Shown: one piece after another, positions 1 through 10,636 of the stretch | Layout of the letters: each line of letters opens with the position of its first letter | How positions within the stretch are numbered: position 1 is the stretch's first letter | Program-made: the position numbers and the translations under genes | Assembly (NCBI GenBank): GCA_947453875.1 | Contig: CANGIH010000001.1 | Location: 1-25,329 of the forward strand | Length of the DNA stretch: 25,329 bases | Reading direction: 5' to 3' | Source of the DNA: Planctomycetaceae bacterium | Lineage (GTDB): Bacteria > Planctomycetota > Planctomycetia > Pirellulales > UBA1268 | The notes under the pieces: model-generated | What the model was told of the DNA's origin: nothing | The model's database searches: none | What the model saw: the letters and a program-made list of their open reading frames with translations, nothing else

Positions 1-1473
1 ACCCCCGAGGCGCAGAGTCTGGCCGTGATCCTCGCGGGGGTCGTGGTGTTGTGGGTCACCGAAGCCCTCCCGCTTCCCGTCACGGCGCTTGCCGGTGCGG
101 TCGCCTGCGTGGTGGCGGGGGTAGCACCGGCGAAGGAGGTCTTCCGCCCCTTCGCCGAGCCGCTTGTCTTTCTCTTTATCGGCTCGTTCATGCTCGCCGA
201 GGCGATCCGTGTCCATGGGCTCGACCGCCGATTGGCGTTCGCCGTGCTCGGGATGCCGGCGGTGGGGGAGCGGCCCGGGCGGATCCTCGCCGCGGTGGCG
301 CTCGTCTCGGCCACGATCAGCGCCTTCATCTCCAACACCGCCACAACCGCGATGATGGTGGCGATCGCCGCCGGGATCCTCGCCGCGATCGAGGACGCCC
401 ACTCGCACGCCCCGCCCCCAGTCGATCCTTCACCTCGCCCCAGGCTCGATCCCAGATGGGCCACCGGCCTGATGCTTTCGGTCGCCTTCGCCGCGAGTAT
501 CGGCGGGCTGGCCACGCCGATCGGCACCCCGCCAAACCTCATCGGGCTGGCATTCATCCGCAAGGAACTCGGTGTCGAGGTGTCGTTTCTCGGCTGGTGC
601 GCCATCGGCGTGCCGGTGGCGACGATCCTCACCGCCGTCGCGATCCTGCTGCTGGGCTGGATGTTTCCCGCCGGCGTCGATCGACTGCCGGGGGTGGCGG
701 AGCTCGTGCGCCGGGAGCGATCCTCGCTCGGGGCATGGTCGCAGGGGCAGGTGAGCACCGCCCTGGCCTTCGGCACCACCGTCGCGCTCTGGATCGTGCC
801 CGGACTGCTCGGCCTTTTCCTCGGGGCGAAGCATCCGCTCCCGGCCTGGTTTGCAAGCCATGTGCCCGAGGGGGTCGCGGCGCTGCTCGGCGCGGTGCTG
901 CTGTTCATCCTTCCCGGCGGGCCTCGCCGCCCCGAGGCCATGCCGGGGGGGAGCGACGGCGTCCTCCGGCCTGCCGGTCCGGCGCGCCGGGCGCTTGAAT
1001 GGGAGGAGGCGGCGCGGATCGACTGGGGGATCATCCTCCTCTACGGCGGCGGCATGGCGCTCGGGGAGCTCTCCTTCTCCACCGGCCTCGCCGGGGCGCT
1101 CGGCAGGAGCCTCACCGGCTGGCTGCCGACCGGATCAGGTGGAGGCGTGGCCCTCGTGGCAGCGGCGACACTTGTCTCGGTGGTCACGAGCGAATTCACA
1201 AGCAACACCGCCAGCGCCAACATGGTGGTGCCGGTGGCGATGGCCCTCGCCTCGGCGAGCGGCGCCGAGGCCCTCACCGCGGCGCTCGCCGCCACGTTTG
1301 CCGCCAGCCTCGGCTTCATGATGCCGGTCAGCACCCCCTGCAACGCGATCGTCTACGGCACGGGGCGGATCAGGCTCTCCGACATGATCCGCAGCGGAGC
1401 CCTTCTCGACGTCGCGGGGGCGGTGGTGATCACGCTCGCGATGCTGCTTGTCGGCCGGCTCTGGCAAGGATGA
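1..1473 (+). CDS. DASS/SLC13 family anion (di/tricarboxylate or sulfate):Na+ symporter, 5'-truncated by window edge
   Basis: Frame open from base 1 (TPEAQSLAVILAG...). Many hydrophobic helices. DASS motifs WVTEALPLPVTAL, ISNTAT, TPIGTPPNLI, EFTSNTA, GFMMPVSTPCNAIVYG. Confidence 0.9.
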   Translation, partial: TPEAQSLAVILAGVVVLWVTEALPLPVTALAGAVACVVAGVAPAKEVFRPFAEPLVFLFIGSFMLAEAIRVHGLDRRLAFAVLGMPAVGERPGRILAAVALVSATISAFISNTATTAMMVAIAAGILAAIEDAHSHAPPPVDPSPRPRLDPRWATGLMLSVAFAASIGGLATPIGTPPNLIGLAFIRKELGVEVSFLGWCAIGVPVATILTAVAILLLGWMFPAGVDRLPGVAELVRRERSSLGAWSQGQVSTALAFGTTVALWIVPGLLGLFLGAKHPLPAWFASHVPEGVAALLGAVLLFILPGGPRRPEAMPGGSDGVLRPAGPARRALEWEEAARIDWGIILLYGGGMALGELSFSTGLAGALGRSLTGWLPTGSGGGVALVAAATLVSVVTSEFTSNTASANMVVPVAMALASASGAEALTAALAATFAASLGFMMPVSTPCNAIVYGTGRIRLSDMIRSGALLDVAGAVVITLAMLLVGRLWQG

Positions 1474-1489
1474 CTTTTTCCATGGACAG

Positions 1490-2023
1490 CTAAAAGCCGC
1501 CAGGAATGTGCGCGCCGCACTGGTGGCAGCGTGGGATCACCAGCGGCTGGGGCGACAGGAGGATCCCGTCGCGGAGACAGGAATGGAGCCGGGGGAGGCA
1601 GGGGGGGAGCGGGTATTGGCGACAAGCCCCCAACGACCCGGCACCCATCGGCGGATGGCAAAAGCCGGTCATGCCGCAGATGCCCGGCGCCCCACAGGGG
1701 CCGCACGCGCCAGGACCACAGGCCTTCGGCCCGCAGGAGCGGCAGACCGGTCCGGGTCCGCAGGCCCCGGACATGCAGGGCCCACGGGAGCCGTAGTCTG
1801 CCCCGACCGGATAGCTCCGCCCTGCCATGGCGTTGCCATGCCAGGGTGGCCGCTGGCCGGAGCGGCAGCTCTCGCAATGGCCCCCGCCTGAATCACCGAT
1901 CACCGGCACGCCACGTCCGGCAGGGGAATAGCCATCCTGGGCACCTGCCGAGGCCCCGACAACGGCGGCAAGGATGACCGCAAGGAAGGGGAGAGGGGCA
2001 CGATCGGCGCGACACAACGGCAT
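1490..2023 (-). CDS. Small secreted Cys/Gly/Pro-rich hypothetical protein (177 aa)
   Basis: 3' part of ORF 1490..2422. ATG at 2023 preceded by CAGGAG. Hydrophobic N-terminus LPFLAVILAAVVGASAGA-Q resembles a signal peptide. 17 Cys including CESC, CRSC, CHQC. Confidence 0.6.
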   Translation of the reverse strand: MPLCRADRAPLPFLAVILAAVVGASAGAQDGYSPAGRGVPVIGDSGGGHCESCRSGQRPPWHGNAMAGRSYPVGADYGSRGPCMSGACGPGPVCRSCGPKACGPGACGPCGAPGICGMTGFCHPPMGAGSLGACRQYPLPPCLPRLHSCLRDGILLSPQPLVIPRCHQCGAHIPGGF

Positions 2024-2331
2024 GACGACGGTCTCCTGCGGCTTGCTCCGGGACGGGCCCGGTGGTGGCGTGATGCTGGTTGTGCATCGTCGTCCGCGTA
2101 TTCCGGGGATGAGCGTGGCACCTGCCAGGTATACCCATACCGGTGCGGGGAAGACTGCCGGCCACGGCGACCGTGACGGTCGCGTTCCCCCCACGGGCTT
2201 TGAGGCGACCCGTTCCCGGGGCGCAGCCGGGCCGCTGGTCGCCGCGGGCCGGGTGGATGACAATCGTTTCTCCGGGCTGGCACCGGCCGGAACAGGACCG
2301 CCGGCGTGCCCGCCGCAACCGACGAGTTCCC

Positions 2332-3540
2332 GTGAAACCGATTCTCCTCCCCTACGGTGGCCCCGAGCCTCTCCTCCTCGAACCGGCCGATGCCGACATC
2401 GCCATCGATGCCCGCGGCCCACTCGGGGTGAAAGGTGCCGCGACGGGGAAGCTCGTCACCGCCGCCGTCACCGCCACCAAGCGCCTGCCCCCCCTCGCGG
2501 CCCACGTCGTGCCGGGCGACCGGGTGGCGATCGCCCTGGCCGGACCGATCCCCGATGCGGCGGTGGTGGTGGAGGCGATCCGTGGGCAGCTCGAGTCGGC
2601 GGGGGTCGCCGCCGATGACATCGCCCTGCTGCAAGCGCCACCGCTCGACGGCATGGCTCTCCGCACGGCTGATCAGCCACCGCTCCCGGCAGCATTGATG
2701 TTTGACCCGGGGCACGAGTCGGAATCGGCCTACCTCACCTCCGATGCCGATGGCAATCCGCTCCATCTCGCACGAGTGCTCGTCGATGCCGATGTCGTCG
2801 TCGCCGTCGGCACCCGCACCTGGGACGCATCCCTCGGTGGCCCCTCCTTCGACGGCGATCTTTGGCCGGCCTTCGCGCGGACCTCCGCCCGCAATGACAT
2901 CCTCCGCAGGCTCGCCCGCACCGGCCGGAAGGGGGTCGCGCCGATCCATGACTGGGCCCGCGACATCGGCTGGCAACTGGGGGTGATGGCAAGCGTGCGG
3001 ATCGTGCCCGGCCGGGAGGGCTCGATCCACGCCGTCGAATTCGGCACGCCCCTCTCGGCAGCCCGCGCCGCCCTCCGCGATGCCGCGGGATGGCGACCGC
3101 GGCTGCCCGGCGGGGCACGCCTTGCCATTCTCTCGCTCGCCGAACCGGACGGGGGCCTGCCGGCGCTTGTCCGTGCCGTGGCGGCAGCGTCGAAGGCCAC
3201 CCATCCCGAGGGGACGATCTGCGTCGCCTGCCGGCTCTCCGAACCTCCCGGCGCGGTGTTCACCCGCTGGCGTCAGGGAGTCGCGCTTGCGCCGCTTGTG
3301 ATGGAGGCGCTGCGATCAGGCGATCCAGCCCTCGTCGCCGACGCGCTCTCGACCAGGCTTTTCGCGCGGGCGCTCGGCGACCGGCGACTGGTGCTCCTTT
3401 CCGATCTCGAGGCCGGTCTGATCGAGGATCTCGAGTTCGGGCATGCCGCCACGCCCGAGGTGGTGGAGCGGCTCGCCCACCGGGCCGACAGCTTGGTCAT
3501 CCTCCACGAGGCCGAGCGGATGTTCCCGCGCCCGGCCTGA
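2332..3540 (+). CDS. Lactate racemase (LarA/DUF2088)-like domain protein, apparently lacking catalytic residues
   Basis: Probable GTG start at 2332 (MKPILLPYGGPEPL..) within ORF 2143..3540. LarA-like segments PPLAAHVVPGDRVAIAL, YLTSDADGNPLHLARVLVDADVVVAVG, IHAVEFG. Confidence 0.65.
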   Translation: MKPILLPYGGPEPLLLEPADADIAIDARGPLGVKGAATGKLVTAAVTATKRLPPLAAHVVPGDRVAIALAGPIPDAAVVVEAIRGQLESAGVAADDIALLQAPPLDGMALRTADQPPLPAALMFDPGHESESAYLTSDADGNPLHLARVLVDADVVVAVGTRTWDASLGGPSFDGDLWPAFARTSARNDILRRLARTGRKGVAPIHDWARDIGWQLGVMASVRIVPGREGSIHAVEFGTPLSAARAALRDAAGWRPRLPGGARLAILSLAEPDGGLPALVRAVAAASKATHPEGTICVACRLSEPPGAVFTRWRQGVALAPLVMEALRSGDPALVADALSTRLFARALGDRRLVLLSDLEAGLIEDLEFGHAATPEVVERLAHRADSLVILHEAERMFPRPA

Positions 3541-3547
3541 GCGGCGA

Positions 3548-4879
3548 TCACGAGAGCGCAAGCGCGCCTTCGCCGCAGAAGTCGGGATTGCCGAAGCGGT
3601 CGAGCCCGGTGTGGCCAAAGGCGTGGGCGAGCGTGAGGAGGAGACGGTTATGGGGCACCGACGGGAATTCGAGCGCCCGGCCGGCACGGAATCCCAAGCC
3701 CCCCCCGATCAACACCCAGGGGATGTCCTCGCGGGTGTGGGAGTTCCCCTCCCCAAGTTCGTTCGTCCAGAGGATCGTGGTGTGGTCGAGCATCGAGCCG
3801 TCGCCGCCCGGCTCCGGCGTGGCGGCCAGACGCGCGGCCAGATGGGCCACCTCCCCGGCATACCAGGTATTGATCTTCGTGAGCTTCTCCTGGGCGGCGG
3901 CGTTGCTGTTGGGCTCGTGTGAGAGATCGTGCTGCCCCTCCTCGACACCGAGCCACTTCATGTGGGGCTGACCGACCGAATTGGTGTACTGGAGCGTGGC
4001 GACGCGGCTGAAGTCGGCAGCCAGGCTCGCGACGAGCAGATCGATCTGCATTCGGCTGATCGTCGGCATGCGATCGTTCTGCTCGAGCACGCCCGGTTCG
4101 AGGGCCGGAACGGCATGGGCGGCCGTGTCACGATCGGCAGCCAGTTCCTTCTCGAATTCGCGCACCAGCCCCGCATGCTCCTCGAGGATCCGCCGATCCT
4201 CAGCCGGCAATGCGGATGCCACCCGGGCGAGATCCTCGTGGAGTTCGTCGAGCACACTCTGCATGCTCTCGCGATTTTTCGCCCTGCCGTAGAGGCGGTT
4301 GAACATCTGGTAGGGGTCGTCGATCGGCGTTATCGGCTTGTTGGGCCCGGCATAGACCATCCTCGTCCAGGTGTCGGCCCGCTCGGGCACGAGCACGCCG
4401 AACTCGAGCGACCCGCATCGGGTGGCTGTCTCCTCACGCGCCTGGAGAAACCGGGCGATCTCCTGATCGATTGATGGCCCGCTCGACCAGCCCGCGGGAG
4501 TGTCGCTCCCCCCCTGGATGTTGCCGGGGAAGAGTTCGACGCCGGTGAGGAGGCACCCGATGCCGCGCATATGGCCGTCACCGTCGCCGCGGATCTTGTT
4601 GCCGATCCCCTTCAGCGTGAGGAGTCGGTCCTTGAAGGGGGCGAGCGGTTCGAGGATCGGCCGCAGCGCGACGGGGGGAGAACCGTCCTCCATGGGCTGG
4701 GTGAACGAACCGGCCATCGTCGGCCAGAAGGTGTCGCGCACAGTGCCGTCGGGGGTGAAGACGATCACCAAACGCTGCTTCGCCGTCGCGGTCGCGGCGA
4801 GGCTGGGAAGATTGCCGAGGAAGGGGCCCACCGCCGAGCCGATCCCAATTCTCCGCAGCAGTTCACGGCGTGTGATCAT
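3548..4879 (-). CDS. DUF1552 (HXXSHH-family) protein with twin-arginine-like N-terminus
   Basis: [11 protein letters not shown]-terminus; [59 protein letters not shown] 7 nt before ATG 4879 (GTG 4882 is an alternative start). Overlaps the upstream gene's stop. Confidence 0.85.
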   Translation of the reverse strand: MITRRELLRRIGIGSAVGPFLGNLPSLAATATAKQRLVIVFTPDGTVRDTFWPTMAGSFTQPMEDGSPPVALRPILEPLAPFKDRLLTLKGIGNKIRGDGDGHMRGIGCLLTGVELFPGNIQGGSDTPAGWSSGPSIDQEIARFLQAREETATRCGSLEFGVLVPERADTWTRMVYAGPNKPITPIDDPYQMFNRLYGRAKNRESMQSVLDELHEDLARVASALPAEDRRILEEHAGLVREFEKELAADRDTAAHAVPALEPGVLEQNDRMPTISRMQIDLLVASLAADFSRVATLQYTNSVGQPHMKWLGVEEGQHDLSHEPNSNAAAQEKLTKINTWYAGEVAHLAARLAATPEPGGDGSMLDHTTILWTNELGEGNSHTREDIPWVLIGGGLGFRAGRALEFPSVPHNRLLLTLAHAFGHTGLDRFGNPDFCGEGALALS

Positions 4880-7271
4880 CACTTTTCTCCGGTGTTCCAG
4901 GCTCGGCTTCCAGCGGGGCCGGCGGAAAGGCGGCCACCTTCATGATATCGACCACCGCCGCACGAATGTCGCAGGCACTTCCCTCGAAAGCATGCCGCAG
5001 ATGCTCGAGCGTCCCCGGCCCCCAGGCCCGCAGCGGCTGCCGCACCTCGGCATGAAAAAGCGCCTGCAGAAATGCCTCCTCGGCGTCACGGCTGGTGGAG
5101 AGATAGGCCGCCAGTTCCTTCGCCCCGACAAACGACACCGCCGCGCCGTCGCGGGGGAGGTAGCTGCCCGAGGCATCGACCGGGGCGGCGCCATCGACGT
5201 CGCGCCAGCGCCCGACGGCGTCAAACTCCTCGAGCGCGAATCCAAGCGGATTGATGACCGTGTGGCACACCTGACAGGAGACCGGGCTCGTCTGGAGCGC
5301 GACGCGATCGCGGGTGGAGAGCCCGGGGTGGAGATCGGGGGCGAGCGGCGCCACCGCTTCCGCAGGAGGCTTGAGAACATTGCCGAGGACATTCCTGGAG
5401 AGGAACACGCCACGATGGATCGGCGAACTCCCCCCCGCGTAGGCAAGCACGCTCATCATGTAGGGGTGGGTGAGGACCCCGGCCCGGCGACCTCCGTCGA
5501 GACGCACCGGACGGAAACCGGCCTTCGCCGGCATGTCGATGCCGAACAGCGGGGCAAGCCGACCGTTGAGATAGACCTCCTCGGCGGTGAACAACCGCCG
5601 GAAGTCGGCAGGCCCCTCCGCTGGCGCAAGACAATCGTCGAGGAAAAGTTCGAGGCTCGTCCGCAGGTCGGCGAATACCGCGGGCGTGAAGCCGGGATGA
5701 CGCGACGGATCCTTGACGACCTCCGGCACCTGGTCGATGCGGAGCCAGGCCATGAGAAACTCACGGAGCTTTCCTAGGGCGCGGCGACTGGCGAGCATCC
5801 GCCGGGCTTGGGCTGCCACCTCGTCGGGCGTGGAAAGCTCCCCACGTCCCGCGGCATCCCGGAGGGCCTGGTCGGGGAGCGAGTCCCAGAGGGCGAAGGC
5901 CAGCCGCGACGCGGTGTCCCACGGCGCCGCGGCCCCACTCCCTTCGCTCACGGGGGGCTCACGGAACAGGAATCGGGGGGATGAGAGCACCAGGAGCACC
6001 GACCGCTCGAGGGCGGTGTCGGCATCGGGCGACTCCGCGAAGGGGCGATCGACCACGATCGCACGGAGCGGCGGATCGAGTGGCCTGCGGAAGGCCCGCT
6101 CCGCGAACATGCCGGCAAAGTCACGGAGCCGCTCTGTCCGGTCCGGAGCCCCTGGCTTCACCCCCGCGAGCCCTCCCGCCAGGCTGCGAACGGCGGCGGC
6201 CGTCTCGATCGCTGTCGCCTCGACCGCCGTCAGCCATTCCTTCGAGACGGTGCTCCCGCGCTCGTAGCCGATGCTGCGGTCGTCCGGCGGAAACGGGGTG
6301 GTGACGACGAACGTCGCCGGCGATCGGGCCGGAATCAGATTCCGTTCGGGCACCGTCTCGACGACCCCGTGCGGGGGCCTCCACAGCAGTTCGATCGAGG
6401 CATGACGGGGGCGTTCGTGGAGCGGGTTATCGACCCCCTGACTCGCCTTCGAAAATTCCAACCGCAGCGGGTAGGCCCGGCCGCCGAGAAGGTGGATCGT
6501 GCCGCGGTACTCGGTGTCGTCGCCCGACTTCACCCAGGCGTCGATGAGCGGCGGGGAATCCCAGTCGGGATGGTTCACCAGCAGCCTCACGGCGTGCTCG
6601 GTGCGGACGATGAATTCGTAGACCCCCGATTCCACCGGGACGATCGAGCCCTGCCAGCGGATCGCGAACCTCCCCGGCTCGAAGCGTTCCGGATCGGGCC
6701 CCTCCACGCCGAAGTCGAAGTTCACACGCCCATCGATCCGCTCGAACACCCTGCGCTCGCCGTTGAAATCGCGCCCCTGGAAGTATTCGCCGCGGAGCCC
6801 CCGCTCGGGCGTCATAGGGGGCGGTTCACCGCGGAAGCCGGCCACCAGATCGGCGATGGCGTTCTTGTGCTGCCGGACGGTGAGCCGGGCCAGATCCATC
6901 CTGGCCGGACGATTACGGTCGCGGGCGACCGCCGAATAGAAACCCGCATGGATCCATTCGGAGACAAGGCGGGCCGCCGCGCCTGTGACCGCGGTCGGAT
7001 CGTCCTCCGGCATCGTGTCATGGACGTAGCCGGTGAGCTGATCGACGGACCGGTCACCGACGAGTGGAGCGGGGACGGCGTCGGTGCCGCCACCATCTTC
7101 GCCGTGGCAGCGCAGGCAGTGCTCCCTGTAGATCACGGCCCCGGGATGATCGTCGGCCGTCACCGCAACGCCCCACAGCACGAGGCAGAGCCCGCAGGCT
7201 GCAGCGATCGTGCTGGACAGGCGAATCGAGCGCAGGGCGATGCCATGAGGCGGGGCGGGAATGCTGGCCAT
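4863..7271 (-). CDS. Planctomycete cytochrome c / PA14 / DUF1592-DUF1588 family secreted protein (802 aa)
   Basis: Signal-like N-terminus; CLRCH heme motif with downstream HDTMPE; PA14-like [23 protein letters not shown]; [14 protein letters not shown] (DUF1592); [22 protein letters not shown] (DUF1588). Confidence 0.85.
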   Translation of the reverse strand: MASIPAPPHGIALRSIRLSSTIAAACGLCLVLWGVAVTADDHPGAVIYREHCLRCHGEDGGGTDAVPAPLVGDRSVDQLTGYVHDTMPEDDPTAVTGAAARLVSEWIHAGFYSAVARDRNRPARMDLARLTVRQHKNAIADLVAGFRGEPPPMTPERGLRGEYFQGRDFNGERRVFERIDGRVNFDFGVEGPDPERFEPGRFAIRWQGSIVPVESGVYEFIVRTEHAVRLLVNHPDWDSPPLIDAWVKSGDDTEYRGTIHLLGGRAYPLRLEFSKASQGVDNPLHERPRHASIELLWRPPHGVVETVPERNLIPARSPATFVVTTPFPPDDRSIGYERGSTVSKEWLTAVEATAIETAAAVRSLAGGLAGVKPGAPDRTERLRDFAGMFAERAFRRPLDPPLRAIVVDRPFAESPDADTALERSVLLVLSSPRFLFREPPVSEGSGAAAPWDTASRLAFALWDSLPDQALRDAAGRGELSTPDEVAAQARRMLASRRALGKLREFLMAWLRIDQVPEVVKDPSRHPGFTPAVFADLRTSLELFLDDCLAPAEGPADFRRLFTAEEVYLNGRLAPLFGIDMPAKAGFRPVRLDGGRRAGVLTHPYMMSVLAYAGGSSPIHRGVFLSRNVLGNVLKPPAEAVAPLAPDLHPGLSTRDRVALQTSPVSCQVCHTVINPLGFALEEFDAVGRWRDVDGAAPVDASGSYLPRDGAAVSFVGAKELAAYLSTSRDAEEAFLQALFHAEVRQPLRAWGPGTLEHLRHAFEGSACDIRAAVVDIMKVAAFPPAPLEAEPGTPEKSDDHTP

Positions 7272-7277
7272 GTGCCA

Positions 7278-7283
7278 ATTCTA
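7278..7283 (-). promoter_or_regulatory. Candidate -10 box (TAGAAT) for a leaderless transcript of the cytochrome/PA14 gene
   Basis: Minus strand reads TAGAAT-tggcac-ATG: exactly 6 nt between hexamer and start codon; no SD and no recognisable -35. Confidence 0.45.
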
Positions 7284-7324
7284 CCCCGTGGCAGGGCCCG
7301 GCCCCACATCGACGGCAACGGCTT

Positions 7325-8107
7325 TCAGGGCTGCGGAGGCGTGCCGTCGCCACGCCCTTCGCGGCGCTTGACCTCGAGGAGCACGCTTTCGTTGTCGCTG
7401 CCACGGATTGGCCACGCCGCCACCCGGCGGATCGTCACCTTCTTCACCAGCCCACGATGCCGCGCCTCCCCCTTCTCCTCCTCCCAGCGTGGGCCCTTGA
7501 TGACGAGCATCCTCCCATACCGATCGGCGAGGGGCTCAAACCAGGTGAGGAGCTTGAGCAGCGGTGCCACCGCGCGGATGACGAGAACGTCGAACTGATC
7601 CTTTGGCCCACGACGGGAGACAAGCTCCTGCGCGGCCCCCTCGTGCACGGGAATGGCCAGGCCCGCTTCGGCGACGATCCCGCGCACCGCCCGCGCCTTC
7701 TTGCCGACGCTGTCGGAGAGTTCGACTTTCAGATCGGGGCGGAGGATCGCCAGGATCACCCCTGGCACGCCACCACCGGTGCCAACATCGAGAATCCGCT
7801 CGCCAGGGCCGAGGCAGGCCACCACGGCCACCGCATCGGCGACATCTCTCGACACGAACCGCTCGACGTCGGTGTGACGGGTGAGGTTGAGCTTTTCGTT
7901 CCAGGCCCAGAGTCGCTCCGCGTAGGCCGCGAGCCCCTCCTCGGCCCCCGCAGGCACGGCGAGTCCAAGTCGATCACACTCAGCCCGGATCGACCGGGAA
8001 AGCGCCTCCCGATCGACCGACCCGGCGGGGGCAGCGCCCCCGCCGGGTCGGCAGGAATCGTCTCCGGCGGGCATGCCGTCGGTGTCACCGTCGGGGGTGC
8101 GGCTCAC
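7325..8107 (-). CDS. rsmG: 16S rRNA (guanine(527)-N7)-methyltransferase RsmG
   Basis: [14 protein letters not shown] motif [39 protein letters not shown] start overlaps the glnA stop (GTGA); a later ATG (MPAGDD) is an alternative start. Confidence 0.9.
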   Translation of the reverse strand: MSRTPDGDTDGMPAGDDSCRPGGGAAPAGSVDREALSRSIRAECDRLGLAVPAGAEEGLAAYAERLWAWNEKLNLTRHTDVERFVSRDVADAVAVVACLGPGERILDVGTGGGVPGVILAILRPDLKVELSDSVGKKARAVRGIVAEAGLAIPVHEGAAQELVSRRGPKDQFDVLVIRAVAPLLKLLTWFEPLADRYGRMLVIKGPRWEEEKGEARHRGLVKKVTIRRVAAWPIRGSDNESVLLEVKRREGRGDGTPPQP

Positions 8108-10278
8108 TTGATGAACAGCATCTCGCGGTAGGTCGGGAGCGGCCAGAGGTCGTCGGGAAGGATGACCTCGATCTGGTCGGCCACATCCCGCAGGGCACCC
8201 ATCGCCGGAATGACATTCTGATGGAAGTGGGCGACCTCGGCCTGGATGTCGCCGCCACCATGGTGGGCCGTCGTCTTCTCGAGGGCCTGGATCGCCCCCT
8301 CGAGTTCACCGACGAGCGCCGTCAGCTTGTCGAGGGTGCCCATGTGGACGCTCTTGCCGAGATCCTTGAGCTTCGAGGCGATGCCGACCAACTCGCCCTG
8401 GTAGCGGTAGGCCGCCGGCAGAACGAGCGTCTTGGCGATCTGCAGCGCCGACTGGGCCTCGGTGTTGATGTCCTTGCAATATCGCTCCATGTAGATCTCG
8501 TAGCGGCTGCGGAGCTCGCGTTCGGAGAGCACTCCATATTTCTCGAACAGCGCGATGTTCGTCGGCGAGGCGAGCACCGAGAGGGCGTCGGGCGTGGCCT
8601 TGAGATTCGGCAGGCCGCGCTTCTTCGCCTCGTCGTGCCACTCCTGCGAGTAGCCGTTGCCGTTGAAGATCACCGCCTTGTGCTCGGAGACGATCTGCTG
8701 GAGGAGCTTCTCCACCGCCTGCGGGAGCTTCGCCGTGTCGCCGCCGGTGGCCTTCTCAAGCTCCGTGGCGATGTAGTCGAGGCTCTCGGCAACGATCGTG
8801 TTGAGGGCCACAAGCGGCCCGGCGATCGACTGCGCCGAACCGACCGCGCGGAACTCGAACTTGTTGCCGGTGAACGCGAACGGGCTCGTCCGGTTGCGGT
8901 CGCCGGCGTGCTGCGGGAGAGGGGGAAGCGTGTGGACGCCCACGGTGAGCGTGCCGCTCGACTTCGAACTCGTCGCCTTCCCCTTCTCGATCTGCTCGAA
9001 CACGTCGGCGAGCTGTTCGCCGAGGAAAATCGAGATGATCGCCGGCGGGGCCTCATTCGCACCGAGGCGGTGGTCGTTGCCGCTGTGGGCCACGACAGCA
9101 CGAAGCAGGTCGCCGTGGAGATGGACAGCCCGGATCACCGCCGCGCAGAACACGAGGAACTGCATGTTGGCGTGGGGCGTCTCCCCCGGCTCGAGGAGGT
9201 TGCCGAGCTTGCAGCCCATCGACCAATTGACGTGCTTGCCCGAACCGTTGATCCCGGCGAACGGCTTCTCGTGGAGGAGGCACGACATGCCGTACTTCTG
9301 GGCGACGCGGGTGAGCGTCTGCATGATCGACTGCTGGTGGTCGGTGGCGATGTTGGCGTTCTCGTAGACCGGGGCGATCTCATACTGCCCCGGGGCCACC
9401 TCGTTGTGCCGCGTCTTCACCGGCACGCCGAGCTTGTAGAGCTCACGCTCCACCTCGAGCATGAACGCCAGCACGCGCTCGGGGATCGCACCGAAGTACT
9501 GGTCCTCGAACTCCTGCCCCTTCGGCGGCTTGGCGCCGAACAGCGTCCGGCCGGTCATCACGAGGTCGGGACGGGCGAAGTAGAAGTTGCGGTCGATGAG
9601 GAAGTATTCCTGCTCCGGGCCGCACGACGCGGAGACCTGACCGACATCCTTGTGGCCGAAGAGGGCGAGAACGCGGCGGGCCTGCTTGTCGAGGGCCTGC
9701 ATCGAACGGAGGAGCGGGGTCTTCTTGTCGAGGGCCTCGCCCGTCCACGAGCAGAACGCCGTGGGGATGCAGAGGGTGGTGCCGTTGGGGTTGTCGAGGA
9801 TGTAGGCGGGGCTCGTCGGATCCCAGGCGGTGTAGCCACGGGCCTCGAAGGTCGCCCGCAGGCCGCCGGAGGGGAAGCTCGAGGCATCGGGCTCGCCCTG
9901 GATCAGTTCCTTGCCGGAAAACTCGAAGATCGCCTCGCCGTCGCCGGTCGGCGAGAGGAAGCTGTCGTGCTTCTCGGCGGTCAGCCCGGTGAGCGGGTAG
10001 AAGACGTGGGCGTAGTGGGTGGCCCCCTTCTCGATCGCCCAGTCCTTCATCGCCAATGCCACCGCGTCGGCGATCGAGGGATCGAGCGGCTTGCCCTGCT
10101 TGATCGTCGCCTGAAGGGCCTTGTAGACGCTCTTCGGCAGACGATCCTTCATCACCGAGTCACCGAAGACGTTCGCTCCGAAGATCTCGCTGGTGGGTGT
10201 CTCGCGGAAGTTCCAGGCTTGGCCGTTCGACTTGTAGTTGTTGATGGCGGCGATCGCACTGGCACGGGCGGAGGTCAT
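8104..10278 (-). CDS. glnA: Glutamine synthetase type III (724 aa)
   Basis: GSIII motifs [101 protein letters not shown] 7 nt before ATG. Confidence 0.97.
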   Translation of the reverse strand: MTSARASAIAAINNYKSNGQAWNFRETPTSEIFGANVFGDSVMKDRLPKSVYKALQATIKQGKPLDPSIADAVALAMKDWAIEKGATHYAHVFYPLTGLTAEKHDSFLSPTGDGEAIFEFSGKELIQGEPDASSFPSGGLRATFEARGYTAWDPTSPAYILDNPNGTTLCIPTAFCSWTGEALDKKTPLLRSMQALDKQARRVLALFGHKDVGQVSASCGPEQEYFLIDRNFYFARPDLVMTGRTLFGAKPPKGQEFEDQYFGAIPERVLAFMLEVERELYKLGVPVKTRHNEVAPGQYEIAPVYENANIATDHQQSIMQTLTRVAQKYGMSCLLHEKPFAGINGSGKHVNWSMGCKLGNLLEPGETPHANMQFLVFCAAVIRAVHLHGDLLRAVVAHSGNDHRLGANEAPPAIISIFLGEQLADVFEQIEKGKATSSKSSGTLTVGVHTLPPLPQHAGDRNRTSPFAFTGNKFEFRAVGSAQSIAGPLVALNTIVAESLDYIATELEKATGGDTAKLPQAVEKLLQQIVSEHKAVIFNGNGYSQEWHDEAKKRGLPNLKATPDALSVLASPTNIALFEKYGVLSERELRSRYEIYMERYCKDINTEAQSALQIAKTLVLPAAYRYQGELVGIASKLKDLGKSVHMGTLDKLTALVGELEGAIQALEKTTAHHGGGDIQAEVAHFHQNVIPAMGALRDVADQIEVILPDDLWPLPTYREMLFIK

Positions 10279-10636
10279 GAATGGATCCTTCTTCGTGGAG
10301 GCACGTTTGGCCCGGGTGATAAGGATTCACCCCGTCGGCTGTGAGTGCCGCTGGACAGGACGGATACGGAAGGCAGGGGAGAGAGCGGCGGGAACCGGAA
10401 ACACGCGGAACGGGCGCAGACAGGAAAACTGGGCCGGAATCAGCCTCGCGCGGAGGAACACCCACGCCGCCGGACGGAGGCCCGACACCCGCTCACGGGG
10501 ATCGGGCACCGCCATGCCGATCCACCATCGAGGGTTTGTCGTGCCGTGAGCCTCCGCATCCAGGCAGACCTAGGCACCCGCCGAACACCGCAGCCAGAAG
10601 AAGAAATCCTGCGGTTGAAACGACTGATCTGGAGGC

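Noticed and set aside
1321-1350. TPCN instead of the usual TPPN in the second DASS substrate-site motif
   Set aside because: Single substitution whose rarity I cannot judge without an alignment.
8221-10344. 707-aa plus-strand ORF (also 10706..12670, 16925..18436, 4500..5777, 6369..7598, 22271..23695 on +; 1900..3204 on -)
   Set aside because: Antisense shadows of well-supported genes; expected with strong GC3 bias; no recognisable motifs.
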